From: Octopus sinensis
Lineage: Eukaryota
Length of the DNA stretch: 37,699 nt
Reading direction: 5' to 3'
NCBI RefSeq assembly: GCF_006345805.1
Contig: NW_021833463.1
Span: forward strand, 1 to 37,699
Shown: piece after piece, positions 23,092 to 35,459 of the stretch
Layout: each line of letters starts with the position of its first letter
Position numbering within the stretch: position 1 is the stretch's first letter
Notes under the pieces: generated by a model
The model's input: only the letters and a program-made list of their open reading frames with translations
Told to the model about the DNA's origin: nothing
The model's database searches: none
Program-made: the position numbers and the translations under genes

Positions 23092-23297
23092 GAAGAAGAA
23101 GAAGGAGAATAGTAATAATAATAAGAAGAAGAAGAAGAGGAAGGAGAAGAATTGCAATAATAATAATAATAATAATAATGATAATAATAATAATAATAAT
23201 GATAATAATAATGATAATAATAATAATAATAACAATGATAATAATAATGATAATAATAATGATAATAATGATAATAATAATGATAATAATAATAATG

Positions 23298-23351
<54 letters not shown>

Positions 23352-23558
23352 TAATAATAATAAGATAATCTAACAAGAGAAGACAATAGGAACAATAAGA
23401 AGATTATAAAGAGGCTGAAAATATGAAAACATGAAAATAGGTTTGAGGCAAAAATGTTTTTAATATACAAAGTCAATGAAATTGAATGAAGAAGAAAAGA
23501 GATATCTTCAAAAGAACACACACACACACACACATGCATGTATGTACATATATATATA

Positions 23559-23608
<50 letters not shown>

Positions 23609-23830
23609 CTATGTTTGTATGTATGTATGTATGTGTATATATATAGATAGATAGATAAATAGATATATATATATATATATATATTACTACTTTAATCCAT
23701 ATATGTATCGCATTATTTTATAACCAGTTAATGTATATATATGTGGATATATATGTGTGTGTGTGTGTGTGAGTTTTTGTGTGTGTGTGTGTGTCTGTGT
23801 GTGTGTGTGTGCGTGAGTGTGTGTGTTCGT
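22820..23830. repeat. (AAT/AAG/GAT)n, then (CA/TA/TG)n microsatellites
   Basis: Directly visible. Confidence 0.9.
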
Positions 23831-24125
23831 GTCTGTGTGAGTTATAATTGCCATTTTTTGTGTCTGATTTAAACCGTTTTCATTAATTACTTTTCATACT
23901 TCCTTATTAGCTATTATATATCGTTTCGCTCAATTACGTTCCTAATTTTCTAGAACTCCAGGGTTCATTTTATAAATGAAACGTTAATGTTACCCACATT
24001 TTGTAATAAGCATCAACCGGTCATGAAAATGATGTGTCTAAAGTAAACACCATCGTCGGTTTTAATATTGTTTATCAGTTTATCCGTGATCACTTTTATA
24101 TCCCCTTAAAATACTCTGATGTTAA

Positions 24126-24385
24126 TCTATTATATAAAATCCGTTCTGTCTCTCTGTCTGTGTGTGTGTCTTTTAGGATCTCGGGCATCCTCCATCCGAT
24201 TGCGCTCAAATTTGATATGTAGGTACCGACGGTATCAGGGCATGTATAAGTCTTGAAAAAATTACAAAAATCGATTCCAGATGAGAATGCGATCGATAAA
24301 GCCGTGGGAACGTGCATTTGTACGCACAAGTACATCAGCTGTTGCGATCGATACTACGCGTACGCTAGAAAAATGCACGTGTAGT
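24126..24385 (+). mobile_element. Probable non-autonomous Helitron 5' portion
   Basis: Starts a|TCtattatataaaa, followed by a (tctg/tg) microsatellite and ccgattgcgctcaaatttg. The 3' CTRR|T end was not identified. Confidence 0.45.
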
Positions 24386-25206
24386 TTGCGCAAAAAAATC
24401 ATCATGCTTTTCCATCTAGATTTACCTCCAGCTAACCCATTTCCATGAATCGTTTCTGTCCTGCTTTTCTTCTGTCAACCTGTACATAACTGCACCTTCC
24501 ATTTTTTGTTGTTGTACTGCTTAAAGGCGCGTTTCTTTCCTGCCAAGCTTACTGTTTAAACCATGTTTGTGTTCTCCCACAATGCCGTTAAGCATTTCGC
24601 TCGGCACGCTAACGTTTCTGCCAGTTTTTTGCAAAGTTCTCTAAGTTTATTTACTCACATTTAGGTTATTTTACTTTCAATAATCGCTTACTTAACTGCT
24701 TAACTACCTTACATTTTTAGCTCTTCAAACATACGCTGTTAACTTCCGCCTTTTGTAATGATGCAATCTTTATTTAATTGCACATAGTTTATTATGTATT
24801 TGAGAGTCTATAAGTAAATGTTAAACGGGGTATCATGGCGTAATTAGTTATCTCTCTCTTTGTACATAGCTGATAACATTTGTTAATTTATGTTGATCTT
24901 TAGGAGAATATCTCATAAACATATGCCTAGAATTTAAGGAAGTTACGTTTGCCCGTTGCAAGTATTTTAGCAAGCTGTTTATATACATGTACCGTCTGTT
25001 CTGAAATGTAAAGGAATTTCTGAAGCAGAGGCCAGATGTGTTAGCACCGAAGAGATACGATGGCAGGAAGTAGTAATATCTACGGTATTATCATTGTTAT
25101 AGTCATGTTCACCAGTAACAATACTATTACTATCGCAGTTAATAGTATCATTATTACTCTTATTAACCTTGCTACAATCATTTGTCATTTGTACTCTACC
25201 GTTTGT

Positions 25207-25657
25207 AGGCGCAGGAGTGGCTGTGTGGTATGTAGCTTGCTTACCAGCCACACGGTTCCGGGTTCAGTCCCACTGCGTGGCACCTTGGGCAAGTGTCTTC
25301 TACTATAGCCTCGGTGCGACCAAAGCCTTGTGAGTGGATTTGGTCGGAAACTGAAAGAGCCCGTCGTATATATGTATATATATATGTATGTGTGTATGTG
25401 TGTGTGTGCGTGTGTGTGTATGTATATATGTGCGTCTGTATATAATTTTTCTGTCTGTGTTTGTCCCCTCCAACATCGCTTGACAACCGACGCTGGTGTG
25501 TTTACGTCCCCGTAACTTAGCGGTTCGTCAGAAGAGACCGATAGAATAAGTACTAGGCTTACAAAGAATAAGTCCTGTGGTCTATTTGCTCTACTAAAAG
25601 GCGGTGCTCCAGCATAGCCACAGTCAAATGACTGAAGCAAGTAAAAGAGTAAAAGAG
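25207..25657 (+). mobile_element. Full-length SINE type A
   Basis: aggcgcaggagtggctgtgtggt head, ggttcagtccc B-box-like, internal (TA/TG)n ~25367-25440, (gtaaaaga)2 tail. Confidence 0.95.
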
Positions 25658-25888
25658 TTCATCTTTGCTTGTTTCCTGCTTGGTGGATTACCTTGCCAAT
25701 GAGTTCTTTATTTTATTAGGGGATTATCAGAAAACTAATTTCTTGTCCTAACAATATCCATTTCTGGTTACAACAGAATTCGTCCTTATAAATAAATCTA
25801 TCTAACGAAAAAGTAACATATTTAATTTATAGGGCTTATCTATAATGTTGGTTTGAAATTTTGCAACAAACAGTATGTTCGGTGGAGA

Positions 25889-26054
25889 TCGATTACATTG
25901 ATTCCAGTGCTCAATTGGTACTTATTTTATCGACCCTGAAAAGATGAAAGGCAAAGACAACCTCGACGGAATTTGAGCTCAGAACGTAGTGACAGAAGAA
26001 TTACTGCTAAGCATTTTGCTTGGCGCATTGACGATTCTGCTAGCTCGCTGCCTT
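25889..26054 (-). mobile_element. Diverged SINE type B monomer
   Basis: CORE-like domain and head matching the arrays. Confidence 0.85.
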
Positions 26055-26075
26055 GCGTCCGGCAGACAGGAGAAA

Positions 26076-26493
26076 TTATCATTATTATAATTATTGTTAT
26101 TCTGAGAGACTCTCGGATGATTCTTCATTTCTTGTTGTTCTTTACCTGAAAGCAGGCAATAACAAATCATCAAAGGTTTCAAGTAGTGCCTTCTCCTATG
26201 ACTCAAAGGGACAATACTCTCCTCAGAATGCGAGCTGTACCCAACAACGCTGTCTTCTGGATCACTTTGAGCCTGAAAGCAGCTCCAATATTCTCAATAT
26301 GTTTTTCAAAGCCCTTGGAAATTACTCCAAATATGCCAGTTGCTACCAGGATCACCAATACTTACCTCATGCCCCATAACTTTCTTATCTCGTTCCACAG
26401 TGGCTGGTATTTCTCAATCTTTTCTGTTTCCTTACATTTCACTCTCGAATCACCTGGTTTTGCAGAATCTATTATCTCTGCTTCTTTTCCGTC
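26076..26493 (-). mobile_element. R4/Dong-like (REL-endonuclease) non-LTR retrotransposon 3' end
   Basis: Minus strand 26493-26203: DGKEAEIIDSAKPGDSRVKCKETEKIEKYQPLWNEIRKLWGMR*VLVILVATGIFGVIS..IQKTALLGTARILRRVLSL*, then a ~100-nt 3' UTR and a degenerate (TAA)-like tail at 26076-26101. Confidence 0.85.
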
Positions 26494-26520
26494 TACTACT
26501 ACTACTACTACTACTACTAG

Positions 26521-26594
<74 letters not shown>

Positions 26595-26660
26595 GTGGTG
26601 GTACTTCTGTTGCTGCTGCTGCTGCTACTACTACTACTACTACTACTACTACTATTATTT

Positions 26661-26735
<75 letters not shown>

Positions 26736-26759
26736 GTACTTCTCTTGCTGCTGCTGCTG

Positions 26760-26799
<40 letters not shown>

Positions 26800-26810
26800 C
26801 ACTACTACTT
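26494..26810. repeat. (ACT)n/(GCT)n/(GGT)n compound tract with a 135-bp higher-order period
   Basis: Marker ggtacttct(g/c)ttgct at 26600 and 26735. Confidence 0.9.
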
Positions 26811-26961
26811 TCTCGTTTTCTACATTTTCTGTTGTTTCTCTTCACTACAAAGAACGAAATGAAGAGAGATGGTTGGGATGGTCCTTTTGCATTTCGAGTT
26901 CAAATGACGCCTGGGCGAAGATGTCACGAAGCAACAGGAACCACTCCGACCAACTAATAGT

Positions 26962-27149
26962 TGGACTGCCTGGACAGCCTGCAGAGTATTGGACAGCGTG
27001 GGCAGCGTAGACAGCGTGGACAGCATGGGCAGACTGGAGAATGTGGGCAGCCTCGACAATCTTGGACATCGTGGACAGTGTAGACAGCATGAAAATGGAC
27101 AGTCTACACAGCGTGGACAGCGTCTACAGTCTGGACAGCGTGGACAGCC
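26962..27149. repeat. Degenerate 9-bp minisatellite (tggacagcg)n
   Basis: About 20 diverged copies of tggacagcg/tagacagcg/tgggcagcg. Confidence 0.85.
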
Positions 27150-27162
27150 ACAAATACATTCA

Positions 27163-27197
<35 letters not shown>

Positions 27198-27364
27198 TTG
27201 AAGTAGACAAATGAATTATCTTATTACGGATAATTCGAAAGATAACCGATACCTGGGTAGCAAAATTCACAACAGAAAGGGCACGGTTGAAGTTACGACC
27301 ATGGGGCATAAAATCCGTGCCTTAGTGCGGAAATTTGAAGTTTTAATATATAATACTTCCTATA

Positions 27365-27426
27365 CTTTATACATATATATATATATATGTATATATACAT
27401 ACATACATTCTTATACATATATACAA

Positions 27427-27513
<87 letters not shown>

Positions 27514-27915
27514 AGTATGTATGTATATAGAATAAAATACCTGATCGATGGAATTTGCCGAACGCTTGTTGAGCTGACTGCAACAATCAAAACCAAACCA
27601 GGAGAAAAGCAAGTTGAGGAATTTAAGTAACATTGGATCGAGAAATACTGAAAACGATGGAACCGATATTTTGGTATATAGGATTTTCCAACGGAGACCA
27701 ATTTTAATTTTCACGGATTCTATTTTTTCAATATTACTGAAACCAGTTTTGTTTCTTGCCTATGTTTTCAAAAAAGATGATTTTCATGCCGTAGGTATAA
27801 GTATTGAGTGTTTTTCATCTGACGTTTGAATGTGTTTCTATATTCATAACAGACAAACGCGAAAAATTTTGTTTGTCTCTCTCTTTCTCTCCCTCTCCCT
27901 CTCCCTCCCCTCTCT

Positions 27916-27958
<43 letters not shown>

Positions 27959-28095
27959 TTCTTCTTTCCATTGGTGTATATATATATACACGTAAAAAAA
28001 ATATATATAGTATACACACACACACATATATACATATGTATATATATAACATACACGCAAACATAAAATCGTTAATGTGCGTTTTATAACTTACG

Positions 28096-28144
<49 letters not shown>

Positions 28145-28597
28145 TACATATATATATATATGTGTGTGTGTTTGTGTGTGTGTGCATGAATATGTATATA
28201 TAATTATATATATATATATATAGATATATATATAATTATAATACTGATAAGATTTTGTGATACATCTCCAGAGAATGAGATTTATACGTATCTTGTGTGT
28301 ATGTATATATGTGCATGTGTGTGTGTCCATATATGTGTATGTGTATTCATGTGTATATGTGTGCATGCATGTGTGTTTGTGTGCGTGTGTATGTATGAAT
28401 GCATATGAGTGCTTGAGGGAAGAATTCATCGTACTGAAAATAATTCATATATACAACGGCATACAAGGATGTATACACGCGCTGGCACACACACACACAC
28501 ACACACATACACACACACAAATATATATATAATATGCATGCATATATATATATATATATATATCACTTATACGTACATGCACACGCACACACACATA

Positions 28598-28630
<33 letters not shown>

Positions 28631-29114
28631 GTACATAATTATACACCTTTATATTTTCGTGCATCTTCCTGACTGGAAATTCTCTTCACTAATCTCAATA
28701 TATAAATCTTTTTTTATGTATATTTTATTCATTTATTTGTTGTTTGCTTTCTATTTTCATTCTTTTCTTTGTTTATTCTAGAAAAGTTACATAAAAAGCC
28801 CTTTGTCTGAATATATAACAGGGATTAATTCATTTAGGCGAAAGAAACTCCCTTTTCAAGGAGCTCCCTCATCCCTCCCCTCTTTTTCCCCATCCTCCGT
28901 TGTCATTTTGTTGTTGTTGTTGTTGTTCTTCTTCTTCTTCATCTGCTTCTTCTTCATCGTTTTCTTCTTCTTCTTCTTCTTCTTCTTCTTCTTCTTCTTC
29001 TTCTTCTTCGTCTTCTTCTTCTTCTTCTTCGTCTTCTTTTTCTTCTTGTTCAAGTTCTTCTTCTTCTTCTTCTTCTTCTTCATCGTCATCATCATCACCC
29101 TCCTCTTCTTTTTG

Positions 29115-29176
<62 letters not shown>

Positions 29177-29550
29177 ACACTACTACTAACGCTACTACTA
29201 ACACTACTTTTTCTTCTGTTTCTTCTTTCTCGTCTTCTTCTCACTAAAGCAGATGGGCACCGTTAATTGCTATTTTATGAAAGAAGTATAAAGAAAAACA
29301 CACACAAAATAGGATGGGTTTGGAAACCGCCACCACACCGACACCACCACCACCACAACCACAACCATAATCATAATCATCATCATCGTCATCATCATCA
29401 TCATCGCCCTTGTCGTCGTCACTAACACAAAATTCAACATATAAAGAAATAAAAAATGAAAATACAAAGGATGCGAAGAAGAAGAAGAAGAAGACGAAGA
29501 AGAAGAAGAAGAAGAAGAAGAAGAAGAAGAAGAAGAAGAAGAAGAAGAAT
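27365..29550. repeat. Microsatellite-rich field: (TA/CA)n, (CT)n, (CTT)n, (ACT)n, (CAT)n, (GAA)n
   Basis: Directly visible, with short unique spacers. Confidence 0.85.
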
Positions 29551-30210
29551 AGTATGTTGTTTGGAAGGAAGAAGTGTGGAAAAAAGGGTAGACGGAAGTG
29601 GGGTGTCGGTTAGGATGGGATAGGATGGGTTGCAATGGGAAGTAGGTAGGGAAACCTCAAAAGAAGGGTCCCCATCAAACAGACATGTTTTCACAAACTA
29701 TCAGCTTTGGACACACTCGAAATAGCACAGTATAAACAGTGTTACCATATGCTTTTAGATATTTACATTAGACACACTGATGCGCATGCGCATATATACG
29801 TATACACAGATATATACACATATACACAATCACAAAAGGCAAGCAAAAAAAATTAAAATATGCATTACATACTTTCACAGTCTTGCACGGGTATATGTTA
29901 GCGTCGAAGGTATATCTTGTATATGTTAGCATGTATAATGGCAATGCTTGTCTGCGTACACATGCGCACAATGGCATATACACAAAAATAAAGCATTTTA
30001 TATATGTGTATAAATGTTATTATTTTTGCGTGAGTGTGTGTGTGTATATCTGTATGTGTGTGTGAGAGAGAGAAAGAGAGAGAGAGAATTAGAGAGTATG
30101 TATGTGTGTGTATATATATATATAAGTGTAACCTTGAACTTTATCAACAGATTTTTCAACATAATGCCTCTTGGCGGCTCATTTTGTCTAGTCTGGAAAG
30201 AAATAATCTA

Positions 30211-30263
<53 letters not shown>

Positions 30264-30270
30264 TAATAAT

Positions 30271-30454
30271 CTTTTCTAATATAGGCACAAGGCCTGTAAT
30301 TTTAGGGGAGGGAACCAGTCGATTACATTGACCCCCCAGTGTATCACTACTACTTAACTTATCAACTCAGACGGCATTTGATTTCAGAACGTGAGGGCGG
30401 ACGAAATACTGCTAAGCATTTTATCCAACATGCTAATTATGCCAGCTCGCCGCC

Positions 30455-30456
<2 letters not shown>
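30271..30456 (-). mobile_element. SINE type B monomer with alternative 3' tail, flanked by (TAA)n
   Basis: Head aaggcggcgagctggca; tail ccctcccctaaaattacaggccttgtgcctatattagaaaag. Confidence 0.85.
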
Positions 30457-30515
<59 letters not shown>

Positions 30516-30575
30516 TAATAAAATAGTAGTTGTATTAGTAGTAGTAGTGTAGTAGTAGTAATAATAATAATAATA

Positions 30576-30712
30576 CACCTGTCGCGCACATATGGTTGTG
30601 ATGCATGTGCCTGGTGTACCCTTATCAGACGGGTAGTCATGATGTGTATATTGGGCTTCGTATATTTTACCCCCGTGTCACTTTGATGGCATGCACTGCT
30701 CTCTCATCACTC

Positions 30713-30757
<45 letters not shown>

Positions 30758-31324
30758 GTAATAATAATAGATGCAGTACCAGACAGTGGCTCTCATGGCT
30801 TCTGATCTTAACTGATTGGAAGTGTTATCATGTATATTGTTTTGTCTTGGTATAAAAGATGGGCTACAGCAAATATTCTGCTCAATACCACAGATTTGCT
30901 TGTCAGTTGTTTGACCTTAACCAGTTGAGCATGTCCCTTAGTGGCTGACGATATGTGCATCTCTGATCACGAGCAGAAGTAGTGGTGGGGCATCATAGCC
31001 ATGTGTTGAGAGGGATTCTTTGAGGTTTGAATAATTCACCTCTGGAAACATGGGTGCTTCGTTCAACATCCTTAAACAATCCTTATTCAGGGACCTTTTG
31101 AGCGGGATGGGTTACTGGACCAGAAGAAAATTCTAAGTGAGCCCACCTGCAAGGTCATGTGCTGTTTATCTTGATATGAGATCACCATGTCGCGCACATA
31201 TGGTTGTGATGCATGTGCCTAGTGTACCCTTATCAGACAGGTAGTCCTGATGGGTATACTGGGCTTCGTATGTTTTACTCCAGTGTCACTTTGATGTTTG
31301 ATGGCATGCACTGCTCTCTCACTC

Positions 31325-31391
<67 letters not shown>

Positions 31392-31486
31392 TGATGATGA
31401 TGATAATAATTGCCTTGATGCAGTAACAGGCACTGGCTCTCATAGCTTCTGATCTTAACTGACTGGACGTGCTATCATGTTCATAT
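30576..31486 (+). mobile_element. (TAA)n-linked concatemer of a ~555-bp non-coding unit (3' part + full unit + 5' part)
   Basis: 30576-30712 is a 3' part, then (TAA)n, 30770-31324 a full unit, (TAA)n, and 31411-31486 a 5' part. Orientation is inferred from the TAA run following ctctctcactc. Confidence 0.85.
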
Positions 31487-31629
31487 TTTCACCTATTTTC
31501 CATATCTTCACATATTTTCGGCAGGTTTTGAGCTGAGAACATAAAGATGGACAAAATGTCGTCGAGCATTTTGTCCGGTGCACTGCCGGACAAAATTCCG
31601 CAAGCTGACCACCTTTCAAAATAATAGTA

Positions 31630-31676
<47 letters not shown>

Positions 31677-31683
31677 AATAAAA

Positions 31684-31721
<38 letters not shown>

Positions 31722-31847
31722 ATAATAATAATGATAATATAATATTAATAATAATAATAATATAATAATAATATAATAATAATAATAATAATAATATATA
31801 ATAATAATAATAATAATATGATGATGATGATGATGATGATGATGATA

Positions 31848-32542
31848 ATGCCCTGATGCAGTACCTTAATGCCTTGATGTAGTATCATGTCCTGATGCAG
31901 TACCATGCCCAGATGCAGTACCAATGATCTGATGCAGTACCAGGCAGTGGCTCCCATGGCTTGGAATTGTTATCATGTACATTGTTTTGTCTTGGTATAA
32001 AAGACGGGCTACAGCAAATATTCTACTCAATACCACTGATTTGCTTCCTTTTTGCTTGACCTCATCCATCGCTGATAACGAGCAGATGTCGTGGAGGAGC
32101 ATTTTAGCCATGTGTTGAGAAGAATTTCGCGGGGTTTAAATAATTCAACCCTAAAAATATGAGTGTTTCATTCATCATCTTTAAACAACCCTTATTCATG
32201 GATCTTTGAAACGGGATGGGCTACTCGACCGGAAGAAAGTTCTAACTGGGCCCCACGTGCAAGGTCTTATACTGTTCATTATGATATGAGGTCACCATGT
32301 CACTCACATATGGTTGTGATGCATGTGCCTAGTCTACTCTTATTAGATTGGTAGCCATAATGTATATATTTGGCTTCGTATATTTCTACCCCAGTGTCAC
32401 TTTGATTGCGTGCGTTGCTCTATCACTCAGTAATAATAACGAGAAATGCCCTAATACACTACCAGGCACAGGATTTCATGACTTCTGATTTTAACTGATT
32501 GGAACTGTTTAACATGCATTTGTCTTGTCTTGGCGTAAAAGA
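31848..32542 (+). mobile_element. Second concatemer of the same unit (five 18-bp 5'-end repeats + full unit + 5' part)
   Basis: 31924-32430 aligns by eye with 30770-31324 (with deletions); short taataataa; 32446-32542 is a diverged 5' part. Confidence 0.85.
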
Positions 32543-32957
32543 TGAAGGGACAAACATGGACAGACAAGCGGATTAGTCTATCTTGAAATCCATTATTCAA
32601 TGTTGCAATTTAAGTATAAGAGAATAGAGAACAATATGAAATTTGGTTCTTTCTTTCTAGATTTTTCTCACCATATGCTAAGTATAACATGATAAAGCAC
32701 CCGTTGTGTAAATGTATTTACATTTCAACTAGTTAGATAATGAAATAAACACGAATTCATTATTTCAACTGTTGCTTGAATCATTGTATAACTGATACGA
32801 AGCATGTCAGCTTAACCAGTAACTTCAGAACGGTAGAAATAAAGGGAGATAATTAATAACGTTGATTTTCTTCTGTTGAAGATTTCTTACAGGAATCTTA
32901 TTTTACTGTTTCCTCTTTTCTGACTTCAAAGCTTTTCTCTCTCCTCACTCTTTTCAC

Positions 32958-32959
<2 letters not shown>

Positions 32960-33028
<69 letters not shown>

Positions 33029-33172
33029 GCCTATCTATGTATCTGTCTATATATTTACCTATCTACCTATCTATCTACCTCTCTCTCTCTCTCTCATCTA
33101 TCTATCTACCTATTTATCTATCTACCTATCTAGCTCTGTCTATACATCTACCCATCTACCTATCTCTCTCTA

Positions 33173-33237
<65 letters not shown>

Positions 33238-33435
33238 GTCTGTCTGTCTGTCTGTCTATCTCTCTCTCTCTCTTTATCTCTATTGTTGTTGTTGTTGTTA
33301 TTCACGTTGTACTTTGTTGATTCTTATCTTCTGGATTGTATTTTCATTATGTGCTAATTTCCGTTAAGTTTCTTTTAATTATTATACATATGAAAGAACG
33401 CTGCACACACACACAAACAAACACACACACACGCG

Positions 33436-33467
<32 letters not shown>

Positions 33468-33480
33468 CCACCGCACACAT
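32960..33480. repeat. (TATC)n/(TCTG)n/(TC)n/(CA)n microsatellites
   Basis: Directly visible. Confidence 0.9.
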
Positions 33481-33727
33481 CCAGCACACACCCAGAGACA
33501 CAGTGGCGAAGCGTTCCTACATAAAAGCACGCATTTTCATTATTTTATCTTTAGTCGATTTTCAAGGTTTTTTCATGCATACCTCCATATCCTAATATAA
33601 TTAGTTTCTCTCTTCTCTCTCTTCACATCTTTCTCCCCTCCCTGTCTATCTGTCTGTTTCACTTTATCATATCAATTCTATATATGTAAGCCTGTATACA
33701 CACTTCCATTATTTCGTTCAGTAAGAC

Positions 33728-34315
33728 GGCGAGCTGGCAGAAACGTTCTGCCGCTACGTTCTGAGTTCAAATTCCGCCGAGGTCGACTTTGCCTTTCATC
33801 CATTTGGGGTCGATTAAATTAAGTACCAGCTACGCACTGGAGTGAATGTAATCAACTTAATCCGTTTGTCTGTCCTTGTTTGTCCCCTCTGTGTTTAGCC
33901 CCTTGTGGGTAGTAAAGAAATAGGTATTTCGTCTGCCCTTATGTTCTGTGTTCAAATTCCGCCGAGGTCGACTTTGCCTTTCATCCATTTGGGGTCGATT
34001 AAACAAGTACCAGTTACGCACTGGAGTGAATGTAATCGACTTAATCCGTTTGTCTGTCCTTGTTTGTCCCCTCTGTGTTTAGCCCCGCGTGGGTAGTAAA
34101 GAAATAGGTATTTCGTCTGCCGTTACGTTCTGAGTTCAAATTCCGCCGAGGTCGACTTTGCCTTTCATCCTTTCGGGGGTCGATAAATTAAGTACCAGTC
34201 GCGTACTGGGGTCGATGTAATCGACTGGCCTCCTCCTACAAAATTTTGCCTTTCATCCTTTCAGGGTCGATAAAATAAGTATCATTGAAGCACTGTAGTC
34301 GATGTAATCAACTCC
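33728..34315 (+). mobile_element. SINE type B tandem array (3 units + partial)
   Basis: Head ggcgagctggcagaaacgtt at 33728; unit 2 = 33923-34106 (184 bp); unit 3 from 34107 switches to the alternative tail. Confidence 0.9.
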
Positions 34316-34584
34316 CCCACACACACACTACAGGGCTGGAAGAAATTTTATTTCATTCACAGAATAAAATTGGCAAAATTGCGATTATTAAATGTTGCAT
34401 ATGACAAAATTGTATTATTTACTTCGGTTTTTCAAATTTTGAGATCGAATTCTACTGTAGTGAGCTGTGGCTTTCTTCCATCCCGTGGCCGATAAGAACA
34501 AATTGATACTCAAGTCCTGAATCTATAATTTCCATGAAACCCTCCTCTCAAATTTACAGTCGCTGTATCTAAAGATTGGTTTCA

Positions 34585-34803
34585 AATTCTAATACAAGGC
34601 CATCAGATTTATGGGAGGGGCTAGTCAATTACAACGACCCCAGGGTTCAGCTGGTACTTGCTTTATCGACTACGAAAGAATGAACGGCAAAGTCGACCTC
34701 GGCGTAATTTAAACTGAGTACGTTTAAGATGGACGAAATGCTGATATATATCTTAGCTAGGGTGCTAACGATTCCACCAGCTCAGTGCCTTTGCATTGTG
34801 CCT
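34585..34803 (-). mobile_element. Diverged SINE type B monomer
   Basis: ggcaaagtcgacctcggc CORE-like block in reverse orientation. Confidence 0.8.
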
Positions 34804-34823
34804 AAATTAAAATCAAATATAAG

Positions 34824-35028
34824 GGCGATGGAGTGGCAGAAACGTTAAAGCTTCGATAAAATTCCTAGCAGTATTGGTTCCAGCTCTTTACGTCCTGAGT
34901 TCGAATTGCACTGATGTCAACTTTTCCTGACATCTTTCTGATGCTGATAAAATAAAGTTCCAGGTCGATCTAATTGATTGACTTTGTCCGACCAAATTCC
35001 TGTCTTTGTAATTATATTAGAAACGATT
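34824..35028 (+). mobile_element. Old, diverged SINE type B monomer
   Basis: ggagtggcagaaacgtt head, ttacgtcctgagttcgaatt, alternative tail ending tatattagaaacgatt. Confidence 0.7.
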
Positions 35029-35030
35029 GC

Positions 35031-35459
35031 GGCGAGCTGGCAGAAACGTTAGCGCACCGGGCGAAATGCTTAGCAGTATTTCGTCTGCAGCTACGTTCTG
35101 AGCTCAAATTCCGCCGAGGTCGACTTTGCCTTTCATCATTTCGGGGTCGATAAATTAAGTACCAGTTACGTACTGGGGTCGATGTAATCGACTTAATCCG
35201 TTTGTCTGCCCTTGTTTGTCCCTTCTGTGTTTAGCCCTTTATGGGTAGTAAAGAAATTGGTATTTTGCCTGCCACTACGTTCTGAGTTCAAATTCCGCCG
35301 AGGTCGACTTTGCCTTTCATCCTTTTGTGGTCGATAAATTAAGGACCAGTTACGCAGTGGAGTCGATGTAATCGACTTAATCCGTTTGTCCCCTCTATTA
35401 TTTGCCCATTGTGGGCAATAAAGAAATAAGAAACGTTAGCACGCCGGGCGAAATGCTTA
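35031..35459 (+). mobile_element. SINE type B array (2 units + start of third)
   Basis: Junctions at 35258/35259 and 35428/35429. Confidence 0.9.

Noticed and set aside
26989-27201. Collagen-like Gly-X-Y exon
   Set aside because: The Gly phase is broken by indels and a stop, and there are no convincing splice sites; it is treated as a minisatellite.
29599-29652. G-run cluster as a G-quadruplex
   Set aside because: Four G3+ runs are present but with long loops (7-13 nt), and there is no other support.
30945-30985. CTGACGA and a cccacgt L3-like word (near 32250) in the 555-bp unit as ribozyme cores
   Set aside because: I could not build a hammerhead (no GAAA/stem II) or an HDV-like nested pseudoknot by hand. 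This is left to a computational search.
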